Assembly (NCBI RefSeq): GCF_006345805.1
Contig: NW_021832407.1
Span: forward strand, 1 to 61,921
Length of the DNA stretch: 61,921 nucleotides
From: Octopus sinensis
Lineage: Eukaryota
Reading direction: 5' to 3'
Positions 14,650-26,729 of the stretch are shown here, in pieces. Numbering within the stretch: the first letter of the stretch is position 1; each line of letters begins with the position of its first letter. Below the pieces are notes generated by a model. It saw nothing but the letters and a program-made list of their open reading frames with translations, did not search any database and was not told the DNA's origin. A program made the translations under genes and the position numbers.

Positions 14650-14691
14650 GCTACAGACGCGTTTCGGAGTATTGCCCCTTTTCAATGCAGC
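14650..14691 (-). ncRNA. Minimal type I hammerhead ribozyme, U3-A8 variant (copy 3)
   Basis: Identical motif to copy 2. Confidence 0.7.
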
Positions 14692-15010
14692 GTAGCCAGC
14701 CAGTAGGTGTCGCTTCCGACAATCTCTGTTCGATGGTTTTATTTACCTAGTTTCGGTGGAATACATCCACTTGTTTTCAATAATAGAAATATTAAAATAA
14801 CTAAGTCTCTCTAAAAGAGAACAGCGGCAGCGTTCCCGGAAAATAATAGTTATCGCCATACTAATATGGCATTCTTATAAAAATAAGAAAAAAGCTGTCC
14901 GCTTATTAGCTCCATGAGCCATCGCCTTAAGTTAGCTATTTGATACACAAACTGTATCCATATAACCTTCGAACAAGGGAGGTCAGTCGCTCCACACTAC
15001 TTGACCGGCA

Positions 15011-15052
15011 GCTACAGACGCGTTTCGGAGTATTGCCCCTTTTCAATGCAGC
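15011..15052 (-). ncRNA. Minimal type I hammerhead ribozyme, U3-A8 variant (copy 4)
   Basis: Identical motif to copy 2. Confidence 0.7.
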
Positions 15053-15525
15053 GTAGCCAGCCAGTAGGTGTCGCTTCCGACAATCTCTGTTCGATGGTTT
15101 TATTTACCTAGTTCGAAGGTTATATGGATACAGTTTGTGTATCAAATAGCTAACTTAAGGCGATGGCCTCATGGAGCTAATAAGCGGACAGCTTTTTTCT
15201 TATTTTTATAAGAATGCCATATTAGTATGGCGATAACTATTATTTTAAATATAAATATATATATATATATATCTGTACATTTGTGTATGAATGCACACGC
15301 ATGCACATATACACACACAAATATATATATATATATATATATGCAAACATACACACACACACACACACACACACATACACAGAATTTACACTCACGTTCG
15401 ATCTTATTCCAGTCACAACTGCTCGAAAAATTTCTATTATATAGTCAAACCAACAGGAACGTGGTGTGCTGAGAAATCCGACGTTTCGGACAGGATCTTT
15501 TATCACGAAAAAGTTGACAGGAGAG

Positions 15526-15651
<126 letters not shown>

Positions 15652-15947
15652 ATACATACATACATAGAAGAAAAAAAAATAAAATGGATTTTAAAATCTT
15701 GGTAGATACCGATAAAGCGCTCAGTATTAAAAGAATTTCGTAATAGATGTTCAACAATCAGATAATAGTAAATGTAAGTAGCATGCATATCCCAGGTAGA
15801 TTCTTATACATGACAGGTAAATTCAAATATCCGATTGCATAATTTCGAAAAATTCAGAGCATTTAACAAGAAAAGATACCTATGGAAACAATTATATATC
15901 TTTATTGCAGATCTCAACTTATAAAGCAAACAATTATTTCTATTGCA

Positions 15948-16007
<60 letters not shown>

Positions 16008-16061
16008 CACACGTTAAGAATTTAGGGTACAAAAAATATATACCAGCTATGCTGGTATATA

Positions 16062-16857
16062 TACGGGGGTGAGTCCATTTTGTTTAGGACAGGTATAATT
16101 ACCAACACAAGAACATGTATCATACATCAAAATGAAGCTGGTCCTCTGTGGATCACATCCCTACTTCTCAACATAGTCACCGTTTCTCTCAATAGCAATG
16201 TTCCACCTTCGAATGAGAGCGTGTATCCCTGCCCCGCAAAATTATGTTGACTGTTGTTTGTGCCACTTCTTCACTACAGTTTTCACTTCCTCGTCACTGG
16301 AATAATGTTTGCCTCTCAAACCCTCTTTCATGGGGCCGAAGAGATGATACTCTGAAGGCGCTAAATCTGGTGAGTATGGAGGATGCGGTAAAGTTGTCCA
16401 CCCGAATGAGGCGATAGTCTCGTTTGTCCTGATGCTTGTGTGTGGTCTAGTAGGACATTGTCGATTTGAAAGTTGGGTCTGATTCGTTAGATTCTTACTC
16501 TGGGCCCCGTCAGCGTCTCAATGTAGGCTTCAGAGCCGTAAAATTATGTTGACTGTTCTTTGAGCCATTTCTTCACTACAGTTTTCATTTCCTCGTCACT
16601 GGACTATCATCTCTTCAGCGCCACAAGGCAGTGAAAACTGTAGTGAAGAAGTGGCTCAAAGAACAGTCAACGGAATTTTACAGGGCAGGAATACATGCTC
16701 TCATCCAAAGGTGGATGAGAGAAATGGTGACTATGTTGAGAAGTAGGGATGTGATTCACAGAGGACCAGCTTCATTTTCATGCATGATACATGTACCTGT
16801 TTTGGTAATTATACCTGTCCTAAATAAAATGGCATTACTTTTTGACTCATCCCCGTA
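16062..16857. mobile_element. Rearranged mariner relic built from two facing transposase 3' ends
   Basis: Minus strand GWTTLPHPPYSPDLAPSEYHLFGPMKEGLRG; plus strand KTVVKKWLKEQSTEFYRAGIHALIQRW; both ends tacggggrtgagtc...TA. Confidence 0.85.
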
Positions 16858-16916
16858 GCCGGCCAAATTATTAATTATTATTATTATTATTATCATCATC
16901 ATCATCATCATCATCA

Positions 16917-17008
<92 letters not shown>

Positions 17009-17518
17009 CATTATATATTATTTTCTATATATATATGGTAATTAAATATACATATAGAAAATATCTTTAAATTTAATATTGATATCTCGAAAATATCTTA
17101 ATACAATGTTATCAAGGCTATCCATAATTCGTGATCTTCAAATGGAGCGTCTGGAAAATTACTGTTTTATAAACGCAAACAGAAAGGACGCCTTAATCGC
17201 AGTCAACCTAAGACATTCTTTCATTCGACTAATGGTGACGTCATTGCATAACGAAAATGTTTTATAAGAATAGAATAGAAAATAAGCATATTTAAGAAAC
17301 GCCATTTTGGTATTCAACTATTCGTGACGTCACTGGATGATGAAATTAAAAAAACAAACAAACATAAGAATTCTACATTATGAGAATTAGAAATCTACAC
17401 AGAAACAATCGTCGGCTTCATAAGATAAGATCTATAATGAAGATATAATTTTCTCTCTGCATATTTTTTTGTATTATACACACAGACATACAGACACACA
17501 TACACACACACACACCAC

Positions 17519-17572
<54 letters not shown>

Positions 17573-17589
17573 TATGTATATATGTGTAA

Positions 17590-17650
<61 letters not shown>

Positions 17651-17667
17651 TATATATATATATATAT

Positions 17668-17905
17668 AGTGGAGGCGAAATGGCCCAGTGGTTAGGGCAG
17701 CGGACTTGCAGTCGTAGGATCGCGGTTTCTATTCCCAGAGCGGGTGTTGTGAGTGTTTATTGACGGAAAACATCTAAAGCTCCACGAGGCTCCAGCAACA
17801 GGAGGTGGTGGCGAACCCTGCTGTACTCTTTCACCACAACTTTCTCTCACTCTTTCTTCTTGTTTCTCTGGTACCTGTATTTCAAAGGGGCCAGCCTTAT
17901 CACAC
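17668..17905 (+). mobile_element. SINE family C (tRNA-like head), 3'-truncated
   Basis: tggcccagtggttagggcagcggac head; family also at 22098, 23332, 28975, 41625 and 47600. Confidence 0.8.
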
Positions 17906-17936
<31 letters not shown>

Positions 17937-17952
17937 ACATACATACAAATAA

Positions 17953-18018
<66 letters not shown>

Positions 18019-18258
18019 TTAATAAAAGGAATTCCAACCTTGTCTGATTTTCACGTTTTATTTACAATCTTATAATGATATATATAATATGATATGATAA
18101 AATAAAATAAAATAATAGAATGTTAAATGTTCATTCTGATTGAACTAGTACTTTCATGCATTAAATTCTGCAATCTTCAGGTTCATGTAGTAGTGGTGAC
18201 AGTCATGCTTCACAATTTTTGACTGTCAATGTATATATGTATATATGTATGTACATAT

Positions 18259-18300
<42 letters not shown>

Positions 18301-18875
18301 TATGACTTATATGTTTTTGAATTTATAAGAGAGGATGGTAATAATACAAAGTAATATAAGACAATGGGAAACTGAATATGATCGAGCAGTGCTATCAAAG
18401 ACACTCATCTGATGACGCGCCGGAACAACAATTTATATAATTAATTATATAATAATTCATGTAACAGCTGTTGCCATTGCACTGAAACAATTGTTGTTTT
18501 TTGAAATTAAAGCCTGGTCATGTATATATATATATATATTCTGTATACACTAATCGAGTTTCACATGAATATTCAGTAAAAGGAAAGGGAGTAATCCTGC
18601 TGTATGATAGCATATGGTAGCCAATAACCGTAATAGGGCTTTGAAATACACGTTATGAGGTTACTACCGAGATGATATTAAGTATATATATCCAAGTGAC
18701 TCACTAGTCTCTAATGTGGTCACATTAGAGAAAGGTGGCCATAAATCGAATATTCCTCACGAGAGTAGAGTTCTGACGCAGCAAGTTTGAATGATTCTGG
18801 CGAAACGTTGGAAAACTTACACCATAAGTCTTTCAGGTAGAAATTAGACAATTAGAATAATTGTTTCTTGAGGAA

Positions 18876-19180
18876 TTATTGAAATTTCTTTCGAACAGAA
18901 TTATTTTGGCATCGGTTTAATAATGAGTTTTTTTCCTGATTAATATTTCGTGACAAATTATCGTTTAGATTCCACCGCTTCCTCGGAAGTAGGAGACGAA
19001 GTAATATGAAATTGTAGATAGAAGCCAACATTCTGGGACAAATAACTTCCGGCGAATGATAATCTGTGAATCTTTTATATAATCTGATTAAGATCTTTAA
19101 TATCTGAAGAGAGATTTCAGGTTGGCATCTTGAATTCTTTATAGTCAGCCATTTCAGACGAACGGAGTCTACCAGTGGCG
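18876..19180 (-). pseudogene. Possible Penelope-like ORF C-terminal relic
   Basis: LKWLTIKNS..ISLQILK..NSLLNR loosely resembles PLE C-termini (W.LK..I.W.IL..LLN.R). Confidence 0.3.
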
Positions 19181-19246
19181 TGTACGTACGTATGTACATA
19201 CATACATACATACATACATACATACATACATACATACATACATACA

Positions 19247-19281
<35 letters not shown>

Positions 19282-19450
19282 GTACATATATATGTACATA
19301 CATACATACATATATACATGCATACATACATAATACATACATACACACACATACATACATACATACATACATTCGTACGTACGTATGTACGTACGTATAT
19401 GTATATATGTATGTACGTACTACGTACTTAAGTATGTATGTATGTATATA

Positions 19451-19506
<56 letters not shown>

Positions 19507-19574
19507 AAGATAAATATGCATACCTATGTATATATATATATATATATACATATACATAAATATATATTCATACA

Positions 19575-19614
<40 letters not shown>

Positions 19615-20605
19615 ATGTATATATGTATGTGTGTGTATGTGTGTGTGTGTTGTTTAGCCCCAACTCACAACTTATCTCTTACCAAGAGCAGATCAATGAT
19701 CAAAGTCATCCAACCGTAACCATCTTGCCCTTATTCAAGCGATGTCCATGATTAAATTTTCATGTTTTTATTTCTAAAACAATCGTGTATGAGTCGAGGA
19801 AGATTGAACTGCTGTTTCTAGCGCGTCGAATGAGCGCATAAAAACTGTCCATAAGCAACATTTTATACGAGAATAAAAATGTCCTCCACCCAAAGATTTA
19901 TGAAAAATGCTTTATTCTGCGTTTAATGTGATCACATGACGAGGCAAGGATAACAGACGAAGTCATATGAATATCTTTTGTCTTCTATCTTATGCTTATC
20001 AGTCAGTAGCCTGCGGCCATGCTGGAGCAACGCCTGGAAGAAGTTTTAGTCGAATGACTCGACCCCAGTAGCTATTTATTTTCTGAACATGGTACTTATT
20101 TTATCGGTCTCTTTTGCGGAACCAACACCGGTTGTAAAGTGGTGGTGGTGGGAGACAAACACTGATATATAAACGCACACACGCACACACTGGACGGGCT
20201 TCTTTCAGTTTCCGTCTACCAAATCCACTCACAAGGCATTGGTTGGCCTGAAGTCGTAATAGAAGACACTTGCCCAAGGTGCTATGCAGTGGAATTGAAC
20301 CCGGAACCATGTGGTTGAGAAGCCATCTTCTTACCACACAGCCACGCCTGCATCTACATTAATTCTTCATCTAAAGAATCTAGTTTTGTTTCCGCCAGCG
20401 ACTCTCAGAAATATTTAAAATAATTCAGAGAGAACTATGTACGTGTATAACACTGTTGCTATACTTAGCAGTATTACACACATATTGTACCCGACTGTTA
20501 TACGCTTACCTACTGTACCCGACTGTTATACGCTTACCTACTGTACCCTACTGTTATACATCGACATAATATATACGTTATTCTTTGAGAACATGATCAG
20601 TACCG

Positions 20606-21024
20606 TTGGCGCAGGAGTGGCTGTGTGGTAAGTAGCTTGCTAACCAACCACATGGTTCCAGGTTCAGTCCCACTGCGTGGTATCTTGAGCAAGTGTCTTC
20701 TGCTATAGCCCCGGGCCGACCAAAGCCTTGTGAGTGGATTTGGTAGACGGAAACTGAAAGAAGCCCGTCGTATATATGTATATATATATATAAGTGTGTG
20801 TATATGTTTGTGTGTCTGTGTTTGTCCCCCTAGCATTGCTTGACAACCGATGCTGGTATGTTTACGTCCCCGTCACCTAACGGTTCGGCAAAAGAGACCG
20901 ATAGAATAAGTACTGGGCTTACAAAAAATAAGTCCCGGGGTCGATTTGCTCGACTAAAGGTGGTGCTCCAGCATGGCCGCAGTTAAATGACTGAAACAAG
21001 TAAAAGAGTAAAAGAGTAAAAGAG
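20606..21024 (+). mobile_element. Full-length SINE family B with agtaccg target-site duplication
   Basis: agtaccg at 20599-20605 and 21025-21031; (gtaaaaga)n tail. Confidence 0.9.
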
Positions 21025-22097
21025 AGTACCGCCCTTAGCCATGGGCTCCTCTGAGTTGTTGCCCCGCAGCTTCAGGGTCCCGGTTCTGATCCACAAATGA
21101 TATGTCGTTGTCCGTAATTAAATAGTATAGGGCCCAGTGCATTGGTTTTCCCGAGGGCCTAAGATGCATTGAAGGGAGTTACGAGATCTGGGAATATGAA
21201 AAACGAAGATGGAAAATAAAAAATCTAAGTCCAAACACAGGAACGAATGTACAGAGATTTATAAGAAATAATAAACAAGATTATTGTAAGCATAAGTAAA
21301 AGATAAATAAAACAAATAATAAAATGTATCAAAGTGAGATAATCACTCGCAAAATGATATATCGGAAATATAAAATATATATTTCTTTATTGCCCACAAG
21401 GGGCTAAACATAGAGGAGACAAACAAGGACAGACAAAGGGATTAAGTCGATTACATCGACCCCAGTGCGAAATTGGTACTTATTTAATCGACCCCGAAAG
21501 TATGAAAGGCAAAGTCGACCTCGGCGGAATTTGAACTCACAACGTAACGCAGACGAAATACCGCTGAGCATTTCGCTCGGCGTGCTAACGATTCTGCCAG
21601 CTCACCGCCTTCTGACGGAATAAGAATAAAAAAAGAAAAACTTTAACATCAACCAAACGAACATCGATAAACAAAGGAACAGAAACCAGAACAAGATGAG
21701 GAGAATCAACAATGACGGAAATTTGAACTGAAATAACGGTCTCTACTTCAAACACAAGAGCAGAAAATCTGAGTGATGAGAACTTTAGTTGATTACGTTG
21801 ACCCAAGTACATGACTGGTATTTTATCTTATCATTGGCGCGGGCGAGGCTGTGCGATTAAAAGCTTGCTTTCCAACTACACGGTTCCGGGTTCAGTCCCA
21901 CTGCGTGGCACTTTGGGTAAATGTCTTCTCTAGCCTCGGGCTGAGCAAAACCTACTGGGTGGATTTGGTAGGCGTGAGGCTGCAGGGCAACAACTCAGAG
22001 GAGCCATGGCTAAGGACGGTACTGCTCATGTTCTGAAAGTATTATGTGTGTGTTATGTGAATGTATATCAGTAGGGTACAGTAGGTAAGCGTATAAC

Positions 22098-22490
22098 GTC
22101 GTGGCACTCCGTCGGTTGCGACGACGAGGATTCCTGTTGACCCGATCAACGGAACAGCCTGCTCGTGAAATTAACTTGCAAGTGGCTGAGCACTCCACAA
22201 GCACATTTACCTTAAACGTAGTTCTTGGGGAGATTCAGCGTGACACAGAGTGTGACAAAACTGGCCCTTTGAAATACAGATACGACAGAAACAGGAAGAA
22301 AGAGTGAGAGAAAGTTGTGGTGAAAGAGTAAGAGTACAGCAGGGCTTGCCCCTCCCCCCCGCTGCCGGAGCCCTGTGGAGCTTTAGGTGTTTTTGCTCAG
22401 TAAGCACTCGCAACGCTCAGTATGGGAATCGAAACCGCGATCCCATGACCGCGAGTCTGCTGCCCTGACCACTGGGCCATTGTACCTCCG
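22098..22490 (-). mobile_element. SINE family C, near full length
   Basis: Head at right end, gtcgtcgcaaccgacggagtg tail at left. Confidence 0.85.
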
Positions 22491-22852
22491 CTAAGCGCTT
22501 AACAGTAGGGTACAATATGTGTGTAATACTGCTAAGTATGGCTACAGTATCATACACGCAGATAGTCCCGTATGAATTATTTAAAATATTTTTGGGAGTC
22601 ACTGGTAGAAACAAAACTAGATTCTTTAGATGAAGAATTAACACAAATGCAGGCATGGCTGTGTGGTAAGAAGTTGGCTTCTCAACCACATGGTTCCGGG
22701 TTCAGTTCCACTTGGGCAAGTGTCTTATTCTATAGACTTGAGCCGACCAAAGTCTTGTGAGTGAATTTGGTAGACGGAAACTGAAAGAAACCCGTCCAAT
22801 CTGTGTGCATGCGTATGTGTGTGTGTGTGTCTATGTGTTTATATTTGTCCCC

Positions 22853-23082
22853 CCGGCGAGCTGGTAGAAACGTTAGCACGCCGGGCGAAATTTGTAGCCG
22901 TATTTCGTCTGTCGTTACGTTCCGAGTTCAAATCCGCCGAGGTCGACTTTGCCTTTCATCCTTTCGGGGTCGATAAATTAAGTACCAGTTACGCACTGGG
23001 GTCGATGTAGTCGACTTAATCCCTTTGTCTGTCCTTGTTTGTCCCCTCTGTGTTTAGCCCCTTGTGGGTAGTAAAGAAATAT
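22853..23082 (+). mobile_element. SINE family A with atatttgtcccc target-site duplication
   Basis: 12-bp direct repeat at 22841-22852 and 23083-23094. Confidence 0.85.
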
Positions 23083-23331
23083 ATATTTGTCCCCCTCCAC
23101 CAGTTTACAATCAATGTTGGTTCCGCAAAAGAGATCGATTATCTCCATATAAATAGTTATTGAAGACAATCTATGTCATTCTAATGGCATAGATCAATCA
23201 GTGAAAATTTTATGACTGCCGGCTATACTCAAAGATACGAGAGACAGTAAACATAAAGAAAGCACCCACGCTGCGTCCATGTCATAGGATAATGAATCTC
23301 CACATCATGTGAGAATTTTTTTTTTTTTTAG

Positions 23332-23710
23332 AAGCACTCCGTCGGTTACGACGACGAGGGTTCCGGTTGATCCGAATCAACAGCCTGCTCGTGAAATTAA
23401 CGTGTAAGTGGCTGAGCACTCCACAGACACGTGTACCTTTAACGTAGTTCTCGGGGATATTCAGCGTGACACAGAGAGTGACAAGGCCGGCCCTTTGAAA
23501 TACAGGTACAACAAAAACAGGAAGTAAGAGTGAGAGAAAGTTGTGGTGAAAGAGTACAGCAGGGATCACCACCATCCCCTGCCGGTGCCTCGTGGAGCTT
23601 TAGGTGTTTTCGCTCAATAAACACTCACAACGCCCGGTCTGGGAATCGAAACCGCGATCCTATGACCGCGAGTCCGCTGCCCTAACCACTGGGCCATTGC
23701 GCCCCCACCA
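23332..23710 (-). mobile_element. SINE family C, full length
   Basis: Complete tRNA-like head and tail. Confidence 0.9.
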
Positions 23711-23789
23711 TGTGAGAATAGAAACATCACTGAGACCAGTGCTTCGCTTGTGGGGTCCATATAAGTTTCTGTCGTTAAAATTTGTTGTT

Positions 23790-23970
23790 TAAATTTGTTC
23801 ATTATTTACATTATTTACATTTGATGGATATTTGTCCTCATCATGTTTGTTGTTAACGTTTCGGCTGATATACCCTCCAGCCTTCATCAGGTGTCTTGGG
23901 AAAATTTTGAACCTGGGTTCCTGGGATCTCATTCCTAAGGTATTTTTCGATGTTGTTGCTGTTGGTATTA

Positions 23971-24033
<63 letters not shown>

Positions 24034-24093
24034 TAACTGGCTGGAATCGAACTCGGAATCTTGAGGTTAGTAGCCCGCGCTCTTGACCACTAC
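23790..24093 (-). mobile_element. tRNA-headed SINE-like element with (AAT)n spacer and hammerhead-like 3' tail
   Basis: Sense: A/B boxes gtagtggtcaag..gagttcgattcc, (aat)n, then GACAC CUGAUGA A GGCUG-10 nt-CAGCC GAAAC GUU (23855-23895). Confidence 0.7.
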
Positions 24094-25139
24094 TTCTGCA
24101 AACAGCACGCAAAACATGTCTACAATCCTTTTGTATAATTCCTAGTAATATTTAGTTATAAAAATATAGTAGGATGTGTTAAACACTGAACGGGTATGAG
24201 GGTCCAGGAGAATAAAATAGGGAACAGAAAGGTCCGGAGGTGAAAAAAATAAATGAGTTTTAAATGGTTTCAAAATTCGGCACAAGGACCGAAACTTTAG
24301 GGGAGGGGATAAACCGATTATGTTGACCCGAATGCTCAACTGGTACTTATTTTATTGACCCGAAAAGGATGAAAAACAAATTCGACCTCAGCGGGATTTG
24401 AACCCAGAACGTAAAAAATCAGAAGAAATGCCGCTGAGTATTTTGTCCGGTGCGTCAACAACCCCGTCAACTCAACGTTTTTCTTCTTCAATAAGAAGAG
24501 GAGATTTTTAAAGGGAGGCGACTTCTCTCATCTCCTCTCCTATCTAAGTTTGATTCCATTTATAAATTTACTGATCAAACTTAGCAGTTGTTTTAAATAC
24601 TTAGGACTAGCTCTAAGCAATAATCTACTTTTATATGGTTGAGTTAAAGCTATTTTATCAGAAACAACATCCAACTGTTGATCATTCTGAAAACTACATG
24701 AATTCATCTGTGATAACAACAAAATTAGTTAAGGATTAGACAAATGTGTAAAAAGCTGCTCTAAGAAATGACAAAATAATGTAAATAGAAACAGTAAGAT
24801 AAATTAAGACACACAAATCAGGGAATTAGAAAATAACCAACAAGACAAGTGCCGAGGAAGGAAAATAATAAACTGATAAGATACAAATACAGAATAATGA
24901 AAGAGAAAATTACAACAGAATTAGACTTATATTATAAAATCAGCCTGAATGACAGGAATAACATAATAGGTAAATAACAGCACATCATCTAAGTTACAAC
25001 TACAGCTTCAGTATAATAAATTACAAATGGAGCTTAGATAGGAACACTAGAAAACAACTCACTGTTTTCTAAACCTATCATCGTTTTTATATTGAGTTGC
25101 CAGATAAATTCGTTCTTTTTCTTTTTCCCGCATTTATTT

Positions 25140-25535
25140 TAATTCTTATTTTTCATCAACGATTTTAATAAATCAGTCAAAAATATATTCTTCTTCTTCA
25201 TTATTTGCAACATTTTGCCGATGTTCCGTTGGCTGGTCAATGCCTTGATGAAAGAATCACCGAGTCTTGACTTGAAGAACGAAACGCCTCGCAGACTGTT
25301 GGAGAGCGACTGTAAAAAATAAAAGTCTGAAAGCGCTATATAAGAAGAATACGGCCTGGGGATGCGGTGGGGGCTATGGGCCTTGCCAGCCGAGTTCTTG
25401 AATAGCATTTGTGGTGAAATTAACAACATTGGGGTGAGCATTTTTGTGTTGAAGAAGAAAGCTGCATCGCTGGTCAGGTCGTTTCAGCTGGTTTGCCGCG
25501 TCTAGCCGATGTATTTGCAGAACGCAAAGCTCTCT
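25140..25535 (-). mobile_element. Mariner transposase C-terminal relic
   Basis: NAHPNVVNFTTNAIQELGW..PYSSYIALSDFYFLQSLSNSLRG matches the HDNA/PYSPDLAPSD region; AQKWFSCFKNGKFDL fragment at 25975-26022. Confidence 0.75.
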
Positions 25536-26024
25536 TTTGACCGTCCAGTTGTTTTCACAGATGAATTCATGTAGTTTTCAGAATGGTCAACAGCTGGTTG
25601 TTGTTTCTCACAAAATAGCTTTAACTCAAACAAAGTATTGCTTAGAGCTAGTCCTAAGTTGTTTTTGTAATGGATTAGCCCTTCCGAATCCCATTAAGTG
25701 CTTGATATGGCGTAAAAATATAACATTTTATCATTGGTGACGATGCGGTCAAGAAACCTCTATTTTTGTCCACGAGTAGCTTAGGGTGGAGCGAGTAAAA
25801 TGGCGACGACTGAGGACCGCTGGAATTTATTTATCACCTTCAGAGTGTGTGGCATGAATGCATCGAGGGAAAGTGACAGGTGATGGGTATCATAAGGAAG
25901 TCCCATATGCTGGACCAAAATCTTTAGTAGATTCGCGTGGATCCTTGTGGATAAATTTGTTTTATGAGAATTCATGAGGTCGAATTTCCCATTCTTGAAG
26001 CATGAAAACCATTTCTGTGCATTA

Positions 26025-26514
26025 GAAAATTACTATTTGTAAATTTCACTACGAGAGATATTTAGCAACAGTACTTTGGGGTAAAGATTTATTTTGCCAA
26101 CATAACATGGCAGTCCTGGTTTAGGACGAATGTTGCTGTAATTTAGCCCCAGGAGATATCATCAACAGCTGGCTATACAACACGATCTGTGTCCTTATAT
26201 TTTCGAACAAAGTAATCTAGCACCCCCACTCAGCTCAAAACAATATCTGTGTATCGCCATTTCCGGGTTATTTCCCTTCATCAGCATAGAATAATTGTTT
26301 GGCTAGAGGTGGCGCTGCCAAATTCCCGTTCGAAATATATATAGTTTTAGAGACTTGTGGTCCGTAGATCAAGACTGACGAACTCCCACTGGTGTATACT
26401 TTAGAGATATCCGCTTATGGAATCGATGGAAGTCTGGCGTATAGCAGATGATGAATGGTTAGGACTGGTTAGTAAAGAATGAACGGTGGCGTCGGCTTTG
26501 TAAAAGAGAGACTG

Positions 26515-26515
<1 letters not shown>
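26025..26515 (-). mobile_element. Penelope-style terminal repeat relic with degenerate hammerhead (26248-26291)
   Basis: Sense: AUCUAUG CUGAUGA AGGG-AAAUAA-CCCG GAAA U-GGCG-AUA/CACAGAU; same repeat occurs inverted at 27970-28200. Confidence 0.55.
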
Positions 26516-26582
<67 letters not shown>

Positions 26583-26621
26583 AATACATACATCTGCATC
26601 TGCCTGTCTGTCTATCTATCC

Positions 26622-26729
<108 letters not shown>

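Larger units (their letters stand above)
13697..15246 (-). mobile_element. Non-coding Penelope-style pseudo-LTR / retrozyme-like tandem array: ~3.9 direct units of ~360 bp plus a 136-bp inverted segment
   Basis: Units start at ~13700, 14061, 14421 and 14781; 15111-15246 is the reverse complement of unit sequence 14840-14974; each unit carries a hammerhead motif on the minus strand; aaatataaata at 13690-13700 and 15247-15257 is a possible TSD. Confidence 0.8.
20103..23139. repeat. Old inverted duplication (arms 20103-21074 and 21975-23139), each arm since hit by different SINEs
   Basis: Unique stretches ttaattcttcatctaaagaatctagttttgtttc, cttagcagtattacacacatattgtacc and ctcctctgagttgttgcc occur in opposite orientations. 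Confidence 0.85.

Noticed and set aside
15461-15510. ccgaaacgtcgg hammerhead-like ending on the minus strand
   Set aside because: Core reads GUGAUAA, and stems I and II do not pair; at most a decayed PLE end.
18400-18810. ctgatgacgcgccggaac and ctgacgc..gcgaaacgtt motifs
   Set aside because: No consistent stem II or stem I; not foldable as hammerheads.
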